This document shows positions 20,836 to 30,278 of a DNA stretch of 64,000 nt, in pieces. Source of the stretch: Turneriella sp. GTDB taxonomy: Bacteria > Spirochaetota > Leptospiria > Turneriellales > Turneriellaceae. Where the stretch lies: NCBI GenBank assembly GCA_965279515.1, contig CBDIID010000003.1:3168001-3232000 (forward strand), read 5' to 3'. A program made the position numbers and the translations under genes. Each line of letters opens with the position of its first letter. The stretch's first letter is position 1. Under the pieces are notes generated by a model. That model had not been told where the DNA came from and did no database searches. It saw only the letters and a list, made by a program, of their open reading frames with translations.

Positions 20836-21733
20836 CTTTATTACGCGGAAGAAACCGGGCGGGGCTCAGTGTGGAAATCAAATTTTCATCCGTGCCGTCG
20901 CCGGTTAAGTGCGCGGCAACCGCGTGTGCGAGGTAGGGGGCATAGGTCATCGCATGGTAACCCATCGCGCAGAACAGAAAGGGTGAGGCATTCACCTTTT
21001 CTGCAAAGCCGACGACCGGAAAACGATCGCGTGTCGTAAGGCGTTGGCCGCCGAGCAGTGCATGCCTGCCGGTCGGATGCAATCCCCTGGCAAAGGCTGC
21101 CGCCGAGTCTCGTGTCTCGCCGTTGCGGTGGATAAACCCGGCCCTTGAAGGAAGATGCATGTAGTTCGTGACTTTGTCCCCATTCTTGCCGATCTCTGCA
21201 TCTGGCGCCGGCGCACCGTGGCGGCTGAAATACGATTCCCAACCCGGAATAATTTGCGTTGCCGCCAGGGCAGTGGCGGCGCCCGTTGCGACGCAGGTAA
21301 GGGCGAAGTCTGGCAAAACTGCACCGGTATTGTGCAAGGTATCGTTACTGAATTGCACTCCCTGTGCCTTTAGTCTTCTCTTCAGCTGTTTGAGATAACG
21401 CCGTGCCTCAATAATAAAATAGCTGCCGAAGGCATTGTTTCTCTCGGTGACAGCGTCACCGCCCATATCACGATACCAGAGCCGGGCATACGTCGCCGAT
21501 TTTTCCCAAAGCGGCGCGCGCGTTTTCAGGGTGTGGCAGGCATGCATCAGCGGAATTCTCACACCCCCGGTACGCCGGGGTTCAAAGACGGTGACAGAAA
21601 AATTTTGCCCCGCCAGTGCTTGCGCCAGGTGCAGGCCACTGATACCCCCGCCAATTACGGCGACGCGGGCCGCAGGTTGCAAAACGCCTTCGCTTTGACG
21701 CCAAATGTCCATCAAAAGTTCACTGCGTTTCAT
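20828..21733 (-). CDS. mnmC: FAD-dependent oxidoreductase, MnmC C-terminal half
   Basis: IGGGISG, RLTTRDRFPVVG and terminal LSPARF; coupled to mnmD. Confidence 0.7.
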   Translation of the reverse strand: MKRSELLMDIWRQSEGVLQPAARVAVIGGGISGLHLAQALAGQNFSVTVFEPRRTGGVRIPLMHACHTLKTRAPLWEKSATYARLWYRDMGGDAVTERNNAFGSYFIIEARRYLKQLKRRLKAQGVQFSNDTLHNTGAVLPDFALTCVATGAATALAATQIIPGWESYFSRHGAPAPDAEIGKNGDKVTNYMHLPSRAGFIHRNGETRDSAAAFARGLHPTGRHALLGGQRLTTRDRFPVVGFAEKVNASPFLFCAMGYHAMTYAPYLAHAVAAHLTGDGTDENLISTLSPARFLPRNKDG

Positions 21734-22461
21734 GGTCTGTATCCCCGCAGCATTTCACGCTTTGAACCAAAGCCCGCGACCTTCTCGACATAAAAACCCG
21801 CAGTCACAAGGTTGCGTTTCACCCAGCCTGCTGCCGAATATGTCGAAAACGTGCCCCCGGGTTTTGTCAGAGCAAAGGCCCTTGTAAAAACTTCAGCGCT
21901 CCACATCGCGGGGTTTTTGGCCGGCGAGAAGCCGTCGAAGTACCAGGCATCGGCGAGGAAGCTAGCTTCGCTGAGGAAGGTGAGGACGTCGGTGTGGTAA
22001 ACCTCACCCCCTAGCCCCCTCCCCTTGTAGGGGAGGGGGAAGGTTGAGTCGGCAGCCGGGGGAGAGGGTTTCCAAAAGGCAAGATATTCTTCCTGAGATA
22101 TTTTCAATTTCGGAAGTAAAAGTTCTGCTTGGGTTTTTTCTGGAAAATTTTCCTCAACGGAAAAATATTGCAGTCTCCGCAAGCCATCCGCCTTTTTTGC
22201 TGCATGCAATGTCAGGGCATAGTTCAGGCCGAAACCGAAACCGAGTTCTGCGACAGTGAAATTTTCAGTGGCGGCGCCTGTGCTGCGACCGTCTTCGGTC
22301 TCCCGCTTCGGGAGCGTAGTCGAAGCCATGCGTTCGGCAATGCGATTTGCTTCGATGAAAACAAATTGTTTTTCAGCTTCGGGATCTTCATCCGTGAAAT
22401 AGATGTCGCCGTATTTTTCAGAAAAAAACGGGCGTCCTTCGATACGCCCTTGGCTACTCAG
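21730..22461 (-). CDS. mnmD: tRNA mnm5s2U34 methyltransferase (MnmC N-terminal half); probable CTG start
   Basis: ELGFGFGLN, AWYFDGFSPAKNPAMW and GFGSKREML. The conserved N-terminus PFFSEKYGDIYF..E.QFVF is in frame upstream of the ORF-track ATG 22329. Confidence 0.85.
   Translation of the reverse strand: MSSQGRIEGRPFFSEKYGDIYFTDEDPEAEKQFVFIEANRIAERMASTTLPKRETEDGRSTGAATENFTVAELGFGFGLNYALTLHAAKKADGLRRLQYFSVEENFPEKTQAELLLPKLKISQEEYLAFWKPSPPAADSTFPLPYKGRGLGGEVYHTDVLTFLSEASFLADAWYFDGFSPAKNPAMWSAEVFTRAFALTKPGGTFSTYSAAGWVKRNLVTAGFYVEKVAGFGSKREMLRGYRP
22001..22068. repeat. REP-like palindrome inside mnmD
   Basis: cctcaccccctagccccctccccttgtaggggagggggaag...gggggagaggg. Confidence 0.7.
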
Positions 22462-22474
22462 GACAGGCTCCGGC

Positions 22475-23299
22475 TCACATCTTTGGAATGTTACGGCCGT
22501 AGAAAATCTCGTTCATCTCTTTTTTGAGGCTCTGCTTGATCTTCTTCTTTTCACCCGGTACGAAATCTTTTTTTGCCGAGCCGAACAGGTAGTTGTCGAG
22601 GTCGAATTCCTTGAGCAGCATCTTGGTGTGGAAGATGTTTTCCTGGTAGACGTTGATGTCGGTGAGCTGGTACATCTGCCGCAAATCTTCGGAGATAAAA
22701 TTCTGGATCGAGTTGATCTTGTGGTCGATGAAGTATTTCTTGCCGTCGACGTCGCGGGTAAAACCGCGCACGCGGTAGTCGCTCATGACGATGTCGGGGC
22801 TGAAGGAGTGTAACAGGTAGTTGAGCGCCTTCAAAGGTGAAATCTGGCCGCAGGTCGAGACGTCGATGTCCGCGCGGAACGTGCTGATACCATGGTCGGG
22901 GTGGCTTTCGGGATAAGTGTGCACGGTGATATGGCTTTTGTCGAGGTGGGCGACGACAGCTTCGGATTCAGGGCCGGGTAATTCGCGCTCGGTGTCGAAG
23001 ATATTGCGTTTTTCGACCTCGATGTGGTTTTCAGAAACCAACATCGTGACGGACGCCCCCTGCGGATCGTAATCCTGCGAGGCGATGTTCAGAATATTGG
23101 CGCCGATGATTTTGGCCACGTTGGTGAGAATCTCGGTAAGGCGCTCGGCGTTGTAGACTTCGTCGATATATTCGATGTACGCGCGCTGGTTTTTTGCGCT
23201 GACCGCATAGCAGATATCGTACATGTTGAAACTCAGGGTCTTGGTCAGGTTATTAAAGCCGTAGAGTTTGAGCTTCTTCTTCAGGGGCTTGATTTTCAT
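22475..23299 (-). CDS. speD: S-adenosylmethionine decarboxylase proenzyme (E. coli type)
   Basis: [39 protein letters not shown] and DVSTCG. Confidence 0.96.
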   Translation of the reverse strand: MKIKPLKKKLKLYGFNNLTKTLSFNMYDICYAVSAKNQRAYIEYIDEVYNAERLTEILTNVAKIIGANILNIASQDYDPQGASVTMLVSENHIEVEKRNIFDTERELPGPESEAVVAHLDKSHITVHTYPESHPDHGISTFRADIDVSTCGQISPLKALNYLLHSFSPDIVMSDYRVRGFTRDVDGKKYFIDHKINSIQNFISEDLRQMYQLTDINVYQENIFHTKMLLKEFDLDNYLFGSAKKDFVPGEKKKIKQSLKKEMNEIFYGRNIPKM

Positions 23300-23554
23300 G
23301 GTTCGATACGGGTGCAGCTACTTCGAAGCGAAGACCCGGGATGACGGGGTCGCACCACGAGTCGCGCTATGGCGCGTTGGGGCTGAAAAACAGGGGGTCA
23401 ATCCTTAAAGGTGGTGGGTCAGGACTCCGATATATGTACTGAGCTTTCAGATTGAAAATATTAGGTCAAAAAGATTGACACCATATTTTCAGTACCCGAA
23501 GCCAACGCTACAGGGCAAAACCCTGCAACACGCGCAAAACATAAGAGGTATTGA

Positions 23555-24328
23555 ATGAAAAAGATTTTGGCAATATTCCTTTTGGCAGGCGTGACCTTCG
23601 CCTTGTTTCCGCAGGCTGCAGGCACAGAGCCAAAAGATTCACAACCAATCGTCGTCGGGACTGAACAAGCTGATCAGACCCCAAAATCGACACCGGTCAT
23701 CCGGACGATTACGACAAAAAAAGCTTACACACACACTGAGACGATTCCTGAGACAACAACAACTGTTATTGCTCCAGACCGCGTTTTGGTACGTGAAGGT
23801 GTACTGAGCTGGGTCAGCATTGGTCTGCGGGTATCCGCGGATTATCATGTTACACAGAAAGACGGCGCTTTGAGCCCACTCTGGCTCTACGGCGAATTCT
23901 ATAATACAACGTGGGGTGTTGAACTCGGCGTTGGTCGTCTGGTGCAACCTATCAATACAATTACAGATGTAACTACGAATGCCACGGTAACGGGCATCGC
24001 CGGTTCGCGTAATTATTGGACGGTTGAAACTGTCTTCAAATACTATATGCCGTTTGCTAAATGGTTTTGGGCTGGCGCAGGTTTTGCATACAATTCGTAT
24101 GATAATGGCTTCGTTTATACCACTGCAGTGGCATACCAGAACCTCTTGTTCATGCGTTCACAATTCCTTTGGGAAGGTGGATTGGGCATCAAGGTTGCGC
24201 TGGGCAATGGCTTTAACGTAGTCCATTTCGATCCGAACATTCGGGTTCTCGGTCCGCTCAACACTGACGGCGCCAGTTCCGTTATCGTTCGTTTGAACCT
24301 CGGTTTTACTTACAGCTTCGGTCTCTAA
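23555..24328 (+). CDS. Secreted/outer-membrane small beta-barrel protein
   Basis: Signal peptide, Thr-rich linker, amphipathic strands ending LGFTYSFGL; GAGG before the ATG. Confidence 0.7.
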   Translation: MKKILAIFLLAGVTFALFPQAAGTEPKDSQPIVVGTEQADQTPKSTPVIRTITTKKAYTHTETIPETTTTVIAPDRVLVREGVLSWVSIGLRVSADYHVTQKDGALSPLWLYGEFYNTTWGVELGVGRLVQPINTITDVTTNATVTGIAGSRNYWTVETVFKYYMPFAKWFWAGAGFAYNSYDNGFVYTTAVAYQNLLFMRSQFLWEGGLGIKVALGNGFNVVHFDPNIRVLGPLNTDGASSVIVRLNLGFTYSFGL

Positions 24329-24358
24329 GTTCTCCGCGGTTTCACCGCAACCGAATAG

Positions 24359-24385
24359 AAACCCCGGCCCGCGCCGGGGTTTTTT
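24359..24385 (+). terminator. Rho-independent terminator
   Basis: aaaccccggc-ccgc-gccggggttt followed by Ts. Confidence 0.85.
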
Positions 24386-24470
24386 ATTTCCGGGCTATGT
24401 CACGCAGGTGAGTTGGATGTATGGCGTCCCTCGATACGCTGTCGCTACTCGGGAACCGCAAGCTAACTTT

Positions 24471-25151
24471 ATGACAGGTAACAAATTCGGCACCGTAACT
24501 TCCGCATCTGCTGTCGCGCAGAAAAATGCCGTGATCTACTCACAGCAGAAAACTGTGCTCGAAGGCAGCGCAGTCGCCACGCAACTGATCCGCTCTGCCT
24601 GGCCTGAAGCCCCGGCAGAAACAGGTGCCATCCATGCCGCGACGCCGCTGGAAAAAGACGGCATACGCCAGTTCTCCACCGACATGCCGACATTCGTGGT
24701 GCGCAAAGAGAACTTGCTGAGTCTTGTTGCTTTCATTCGCAACGATGCCGCATTCCGCTATGATTTTCTGTTAGATCTGACCGCTGTCGATTTCCTGAAT
24801 TCGCCGCGTGCCCAGGATCACGCCGATAACGACGGCAAACGTTTTCAGGTTGTTTATCTCTTCCGTTCGCAGATAACAGACCGCCGTTCGGCGACGCTCA
24901 GAATCTGCGTCCCGGTCGATGAAAACGAAGAGGTGCCATCGCTCACCCAGGTGTGGCCGGGCGCCGATTGGCCAGAGCGCGAAGTTTTTGACCTCATGGG
25001 CATCCGCTTTGCGGGTCACCCGAACCTGCGCCGCATTGTGCTGCCCGAGAACTACCGGGGTCACCCGCTACGCAAAGATTTTCCCGTCAAAGGCATCGGC
25101 GAAGACTATCTCATCGAAGATCTCCTTTATAAAAGGCGAAACGAAGATTAA
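24471..25151 (+). CDS. nuoC: NADH-quinone oxidoreductase subunit C
   Basis: DLTAVD and WPEREVFDLMGIRFAGHPNLRRI..GHPLRKDFP. Start uncertain (24408-24471). Confidence 0.92.
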   Translation: MTGNKFGTVTSASAVAQKNAVIYSQQKTVLEGSAVATQLIRSAWPEAPAETGAIHAATPLEKDGIRQFSTDMPTFVVRKENLLSLVAFIRNDAAFRYDFLLDLTAVDFLNSPRAQDHADNDGKRFQVVYLFRSQITDRRSATLRICVPVDENEEVPSLTQVWPGADWPEREVFDLMGIRFAGHPNLRRIVLPENYRGHPLRKDFPVKGIGEDYLIEDLLYKRRNED

Positions 25152-26050
25152 TGGCCGCCGCGCCCCAGCCTTCTTACCGCGGTAAAGTCCGCGACGTCTA
25201 CGACCTGGGCAACCGGCTGCTGTTGGTCTCCTCTGACCGGCTTTCGGCCTTCGACGTTGTCTTTGGCGATTCGATACCGAACAAGGGCAAGATTCTGAAC
25301 TCCATATCGGCGCACTGGTTTTCGCTGCTGAGAAATATTCCGAACCATTTTATTTCCGCTGAGTCGGATGCCTTTCCGCCGGAGTTTAAGGGCGCCCAGT
25401 TTGCGGGTCGCTCCGTGCTTGCGCGCAAAACACAGCGCATTGATTTTGAATGCGTCGTGCGCGCCTTTCTGATGGGTTCGGGGCATAAAGAATACATGGC
25501 TTCCCAGACCCTCGCGGGAGAAAAATTACCCGCGGGGCTCGCCAAAGGCGCGATGCTGCCACAGCCGGTTTTTACGCCGGCGGTGAAGAACGATACCGGG
25601 CATGACGAGAACATCTCTTTCGCCGAAATGAAAACCCGGTTACCGGATTATGCCGATGCGCTGCGCGAGAAAAGCCTCTCGCTTTTCCAGTTCGCCTTTG
25701 AACGTTTGCTCGAGCGGGGAATCTATCTGCTCGATACGAAATTCGAATTTGGTATCCTGAACGGTGGGCTGATGCTCATTGATGAGATCTTTACCCCTGA
25801 TTCGTCGCGTTTCGTCGAAATCGCCGAATATGAAAAAGCGATGGCGGAAGGCAAAGAAATCCCGACGATGGATAAACAGATTGTCCGCGATTTTGTCGAA
25901 AGTATCGGCTGGAATAAGACGCCACCGGCGCCCCGATTGCCGGCCGAGGTAATTCAGAAAACCGTACAGCAATACCGCAAGATGGAAGAAATTATCCTGA
26001 GCATACCCCCTTCCGCTGCTTGGGTGGGGTTTGGAGAGAAAAAAAGATGA
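25151..26050 (+). CDS. purC: SAICAR synthetase
   Basis: GKVRDVY, SDRLSAFD, DTKFEFG and DEIFTPDSSRF. Confidence 0.96.
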   Translation: MAAAPQPSYRGKVRDVYDLGNRLLLVSSDRLSAFDVVFGDSIPNKGKILNSISAHWFSLLRNIPNHFISAESDAFPPEFKGAQFAGRSVLARKTQRIDFECVVRAFLMGSGHKEYMASQTLAGEKLPAGLAKGAMLPQPVFTPAVKNDTGHDENISFAEMKTRLPDYADALREKSLSLFQFAFERLLERGIYLLDTKFEFGILNGGLMLIDEIFTPDSSRFVEIAEYEKAMAEGKEIPTMDKQIVRDFVESIGWNKTPPAPRLPAEVIQKTVQQYRKMEEIILSIPPSAAWVGFGEKKR

Positions 26051-26313
26051 AAAAGTTTTCGGCAACCGCGACGGTGCGCTTTAAAAAATCGGTACTCGAG
26101 CCACAGGGCAAGGCGATTCAGCTCTCGCTGGCAGAAAAGGGCTCGCATGAGTTCACATTGGTGCGCGTTGGTAAATACATCGAGGTTGAGCTCGAAGCCG
26201 ACTCAAAGGAAGCTGCCGAACAAAAAATGAAAAAAATTGCCGCAGATATGCTGTTTAACGACGTCATGGAGACCTGCGAAGTGCATGTCTCGGAAAAAGG
26301 TGCCGAGGGGTGA
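26047..26313 (+). CDS. purS: FGAM synthase subunit PurS
   Basis: VLEPQGKAI, VRVGKYIE and LFNDVME. Confidence 0.9.
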   Translation: MKKFSATATVRFKKSVLEPQGKAIQLSLAEKGSHEFTLVRVGKYIEVELEADSKEAAEQKMKKIAADMLFNDVMETCEVHVSEKGAEG

Positions 26314-26972
26314 AAACGGCCGTTCTGACATTCCCCGGCAGTAACTGCGACCAGGACCTGGTCGAGGCGCTGAAGAACGATTTTAACTGCAGCGTCGACC
26401 TGCTCTGGCATACGGAGTCATTCACGCCCTCGCATGATTTTTATTTTGTTCCGGGCGGCTTCTCCTACGGTGACTATCTGCGCACCGGCGCGCTTGCCGC
26501 GCAGTCAAAGTCCGTCGAGTCATTGCGCGCCGCGGCGGCGCAGGGGCGACCCATCGTCGGTATCTGCAATGGTTTCCAGATTCTATGCGAGACAAAGCTG
26601 TTGCCCGGCGCGCTGATACGCAACACTAACCTGCAGCACATCTGCGAATGGACACCGCTTACGGGCGACGGCGACTGGAAGGGAATTTATCCGCCAGGCT
26701 ATGCCTTGCCGATTTCGCATGGCGAGGGCAATTTTATCTGCTCTGCAGAAGATCTCGCTGAGATCAAACAAAACGGCCAGGCATTGCTGCGCTATACTAC
26801 TAACCCCAACGGTGCTACGTATGACATCGCCGGTCTTGCTTCAAAGAACAAGCGCGTCATCGGTCTCATGCCCCATCCCGAGCGCGCACTCAAAACGCAA
26901 AAAGATGCCGCAGTCTCGCAGCACCGTTACGGCAAAATCTTTTTCGAAAATATTTTTCGTCTCGCGGCCTGA
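26310..26972 (+). CDS. purQ: FGAM synthase glutaminase subunit
   Basis: FPGSNCD, PGGFSYGDYLR, GICNGFQIL and MPHPER. Confidence 0.96.
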   Translation: MKTAVLTFPGSNCDQDLVEALKNDFNCSVDLLWHTESFTPSHDFYFVPGGFSYGDYLRTGALAAQSKSVESLRAAAAQGRPIVGICNGFQILCETKLLPGALIRNTNLQHICEWTPLTGDGDWKGIYPPGYALPISHGEGNFICSAEDLAEIKQNGQALLRYTTNPNGATYDIAGLASKNKRVIGLMPHPERALKTQKDAAVSQHRYGKIFFENIFRLAA

Positions 26973-26974
26973 AT

Positions 26975-27970
26975 ATGAAGAGTGAAGGCGCAAGCTCACG
27001 CGCGTTAGTAGCGGGAGTTTTTGGCGCCTACTACCATGTTTTACCTTTTCCGCTGGGCGGTGAGCGTTTCAAAGCCAAACCGCGCGGCAAGCTGCGTATC
27101 GATTATAACGAAAAGAACGTCGGCTACAACAAGCTCCGGGAAACCCTGCTCGCGATCGGCGATACGGTCGATATCGAAACGGACCCGAATAACCCCGACA
27201 CGTACATCATTACCGCTGTCGATAAGCGCCACAATTCGATACACCGCGCCTCGTTCGGCCGCCAGCAATGCCTTGCCGCGAATGTCGACGGCGTGGTGGT
27301 GATGGCGAGTATTCGTTCGCCCGATTTTAATCTCGGTTTTGTTGAGCGCTGTATGGCAGAGATACAGATTTCCGGCGCGGATGTTATTCTTATCGTGAAC
27401 AAGTTTGACCTGATTACGGAGCCCGATGTTGAAAACGAGAAGATCTTTGCGTATTATAAGAAAATAGGTCTGCCCGTCTTTTGCGAAAGTATTCAGGCGG
27501 GATTATCCCCCGAGCTCAAGGCGCGGCTCAGCGAAGGCACATGGCTCCTTTTGGGGCAGTCAGGCACTGGTAAGAGCACACTGCTCAACAAACTTCTGGG
27601 CGAAGATTTGCAGGTCGTCGGCGAGGTGAGCCTCATCGACAAGGGCCGCCACACGACGACGAACCCCGCACTGTATTTCAGCCCGAGCCATAAGAACCTG
27701 ATTCTCATCGATGTGCCGGGGCTGCGCGAGTTTGGCATGCATCACCGCGAGCCGCTTGAGATTCGTCATGGGTTTCCGGATTTTGCGGAAATTCAGTGCA
27801 GGTTCGAAAACTGCCTTCATCTCAATGAGCCGGGCTGCGGTGTAAAAGCCGCCTTAGAAGCGGGGGATATCCCCGAGTTTCGCTACCGCTGCTACGTGTC
27901 GATGCTCGATACCGTGGGCGAGAATTTTAAGCCGCGCAAAGGCGACTACTGGCGCGGCATTCGTAAATAG
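26975..27970 (+). CDS. rsgA: Ribosome small subunit-dependent GTPase
   Basis: NKFD, GQSGTGKSTL, GRHTTT, DVPG and CRFENCLH..EPGC. Confidence 0.95.
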   Translation: MKSEGASSRALVAGVFGAYYHVLPFPLGGERFKAKPRGKLRIDYNEKNVGYNKLRETLLAIGDTVDIETDPNNPDTYIITAVDKRHNSIHRASFGRQQCLAANVDGVVVMASIRSPDFNLGFVERCMAEIQISGADVILIVNKFDLITEPDVENEKIFAYYKKIGLPVFCESIQAGLSPELKARLSEGTWLLLGQSGTGKSTLLNKLLGEDLQVVGEVSLIDKGRHTTTNPALYFSPSHKNLILIDVPGLREFGMHHREPLEIRHGFPDFAEIQCRFENCLHLNEPGCGVKAALEAGDIPEFRYRCYVSMLDTVGENFKPRKGDYWRGIRK

Positions 27971-27971
27971 C

Positions 27972-28643
27972 TCAGGCCATTGGCGCAAAGACGCGCGGGC
28001 GGTGCATCAATGCCCAGAGCGTGATCTGGCCGGGGCGGATGCCGGCATGTTTTTGAAGCAGGTAAGCAGCATGATTGAGGGTTGCACCTGTAGTTGAGAC
28101 ATCGTCAGCGATCACGTAGCGTTCTGCGGCTGGCAGATTTTTTCCACTCCAGATAAGGCTTTCGTGGATACGCTTATAACGTTCGGCTTCGCCGAGCAGT
28201 TTGTTCGCGTCATTTTGCAAGAGCTTTCGTTTCACCAGAAATGCATCCAGGATTAGCTTTTGCCTGGGAACAAGTGCTTTAAGCAATCGTCGCAAAAAAT
28301 TCCGCCGTGACGGCAAGGCCAGAACGATTGTCGATCCGCCGGAAATTCCGGTCAAATCGCCTCGCGATTCGCGGATGAAAAAATTCACAGCGCGGCGGCG
28401 GTCAGAAAATTTGGCTGCACTGAAGAGTGTTTTGCCGGGGCCCTCATAGAGAAAGGCGTATTGGCGTTGGATTTCGTCTTCTGAAGGGAGAAATCCCACT
28501 CGCTTTAGGATGCCGTCCTGGGAGCAGGTTTTGCAGAACAGATCGTGGTGTGCGATCTTTGTGCCGCACTCGAGGCAGAGTTCGGGGAAAAGGGCGCTGA
28601 GTGCGTCGCCGATCAGAGATTTCTGAGGTAGAGCCGAATCCAT
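27972..28643 (-). CDS. ComF-family phosphoribosyltransferase-like protein
   Basis: N-terminal CxxC..CxxC and C-terminal DDVSTTGATL. Confidence 0.8.
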   Translation of the reverse strand: MDSALPQKSLIGDALSALFPELCLECGTKIAHHDLFCKTCSQDGILKRVGFLPSEDEIQRQYAFLYEGPGKTLFSAAKFSDRRRAVNFFIRESRGDLTGISGGSTIVLALPSRRNFLRRLLKALVPRQKLILDAFLVKRKLLQNDANKLLGEAERYKRIHESLIWSGKNLPAAERYVIADDVSTTGATLNHAAYLLQKHAGIRPGQITLWALMHRPRVFAPMA

Positions 28644-29242
28644 TCCTGCAGGTTTTCCCGCGTGACTGCTGCTGGCTTGTCAGTCGATTTTTTAAGTTTT
28701 TCCGAAGCACCTTGGATTTCTTTGACAGAATAGCCCAGCGAAACCAAGGCCTGAACGACCAGATCATCGGCCGTTGCCTTCTCGGTGATTTTTCCCGACT
28801 TTTTGCCCTCCGCCAGTTTTTCGAGGCGTGTTTTTTTCGCGTTGGCCTCAAAGCAGAGCTTTTCGGCCTTGGTCTTGCCGACACCCGGTACCTTGACGAG
28901 AGCCGCGACGTCGGCGGCGAGAAGCGCGGTCAGCAAGGCATCTGCGCCGATCGTGGAAATAATACCCATCGCCGCCTGTGGCCCAAAACCGTTGAGTGAG
29001 CGGATGAAATCAAAGAGCGTGGCTTCGTCTTCGCTGAGAAAGCCAAAGAGCTGCGCGTTATCTTCGGAATAGACGCTGCGCGTGACGAGAGCAAATTCCT
29101 TACCCGCAGTATCGTACCCCCCCGCCACGATCGCCTCATAGACGCTGCCGGGAATGCGCGCGCCATAACCGACACCGCCGGCTTCGAGCACGACGAAAAA
29201 CGGGTCGACGCGGGTAGGGATACCCCGCAGCGAATAGATCAT
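28613..29242 (-). CDS. ruvA: Holliday junction branch migration protein
   Basis: GGVGY, LFGF, NGFGP, VPGVGKTKAE and ALVSLGY. Confidence 0.95.
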   Translation of the reverse strand: MIYSLRGIPTRVDPFFVVLEAGGVGYGARIPGSVYEAIVAGGYDTAGKEFALVTRSVYSEDNAQLFGFLSEDEATLFDFIRSLNGFGPQAAMGIISTIGADALLTALLAADVAALVKVPGVGKTKAEKLCFEANAKKTRLEKLAEGKKSGKITEKATADDLVVQALVSLGYSVKEIQGASEKLKKSTDKPAAVTRENLQEWIRLYLRNL

Positions 29243-29997
29243 GCGGGCCCCTGTTTCAGGCGTAAGCCGTCGTAATAGGTTTTGATTTTTGTCAGTAGCA
29301 TTGTGGTATCCATCTCTTGGGCGAAAGCTTCAAATTCTTTTTGCAGGTTCTCGCGGACGTCTCCAGTGTAGAGTGCGTTGGCAAAACGTTTTGTGAGCCG
29401 TAAACTGAAGGCATCCTGCGCGCCCATGCGCTGGGCCATTTTTACCGCTCGCTCTAGAAGCTCGCTTTCTGGCCTGATCTCATTCACAAAGCCTGCAGCG
29501 AGCGCGCGCTTCGCTGGTAAATTGTCGGCTTTCCAGATGAGTTCCAGCGCGCGCATGGGGCCAATCTTGCGCGCGAGTGTCGTGACCAGCGGCGGGGCTC
29601 CAAATTTAATTTCAGGATGGCCAAAGACGGCGCGTTCTCCGGCGATGATGTAGTCAGCGCCGAGTGCCAGATCAAAACCACCGGCCAAAACAAAACCGGA
29701 GTAGGCGCCGATCAGGGGTTTGGGAAAACAATACACCGCTGCATGGTACTCGACGGGCCGGTGGTTGAATGAAGCGAGCTTTGAGGCGATCACTTCTTCG
29801 AGGTCATAGCCGACGCTGAAATGTGGTCCGTTGTGCGTCAGCACAGCGGCAGTTACGGAAGTATCCGCAGCCAGCGTATTCAAGGCGGCTTCGATTTCAT
29901 CGCGGAAGGCATTGGAGAGTGCGTTAAATTTCTCCGGGCGGTTGAGGCGTACGACCGCAACAGAGCCGGCCTTTTCAATGAGCAGATTTTTTGCCAT
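29239..29997 (-). CDS. Enoyl-CoA hydratase/isomerase family protein
   Basis: LNRPEKFNAL, FSVGYDL, AGGFDLAL and FGHPEIKFG. Confidence 0.9.
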   Translation of the reverse strand: MAKNLLIEKAGSVAVVRLNRPEKFNALSNAFRDEIEAALNTLAADTSVTAAVLTHNGPHFSVGYDLEEVIASKLASFNHRPVEYHAAVYCFPKPLIGAYSGFVLAGGFDLALGADYIIAGERAVFGHPEIKFGAPPLVTTLARKIGPMRALELIWKADNLPAKRALAAGFVNEIRPESELLERAVKMAQRMGAQDAFSLRLTKRFANALYTGDVRENLQKEFEAFAQEMDTTMLLTKIKTYYDGLRLKQGPA

Positions 29998-30053
29998 CGC
30001 GGGTTCCTTTGGCCCAAGACGCGTCTGGCCGGGCAACCACAAAGCGGATGGAA

Positions 30054-30278
30054 CTATTTCTTTTTGATGAACTGGTCGAGGTCAGGCGGCAGATGCGATT
30101 CCGAAGCGGCGCGGTTCTCTTTCTGTATCTCAGCATGGATCTCGCCGCGGAAAACTTTGACTTCTTTGGGGGCCTTAACGCCCAGTTTCACCTGGTCGCC
30201 TTTGATTTCGACGACGATAATCTCGACGTTGTCGCCGATGACGATCGAATCGTTAACGCGCCGCGCGAGAACCAGCAT
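30054..30278 (-). CDS. csrA: Carbon storage regulator
   Basis: [34 protein letters not shown]. Confidence 0.96.
   Translation of the reverse strand: MLVLARRVNDSIVIGDNVEIIVVEIKGDQVKLGVKAPKEVKVFRGEIHAEIQKENRAASESHLPPDLDQFIKKK

Noticed and set aside
19963..21039. 358-aa ORF on the + strand
   Set aside because: Antisense shadow of hslO/mnmC
26006..26038. C/G-tract sequence in the purC C-terminal extension as a fourth repeat copy
   Set aside because: Too degenerate to assign by eye
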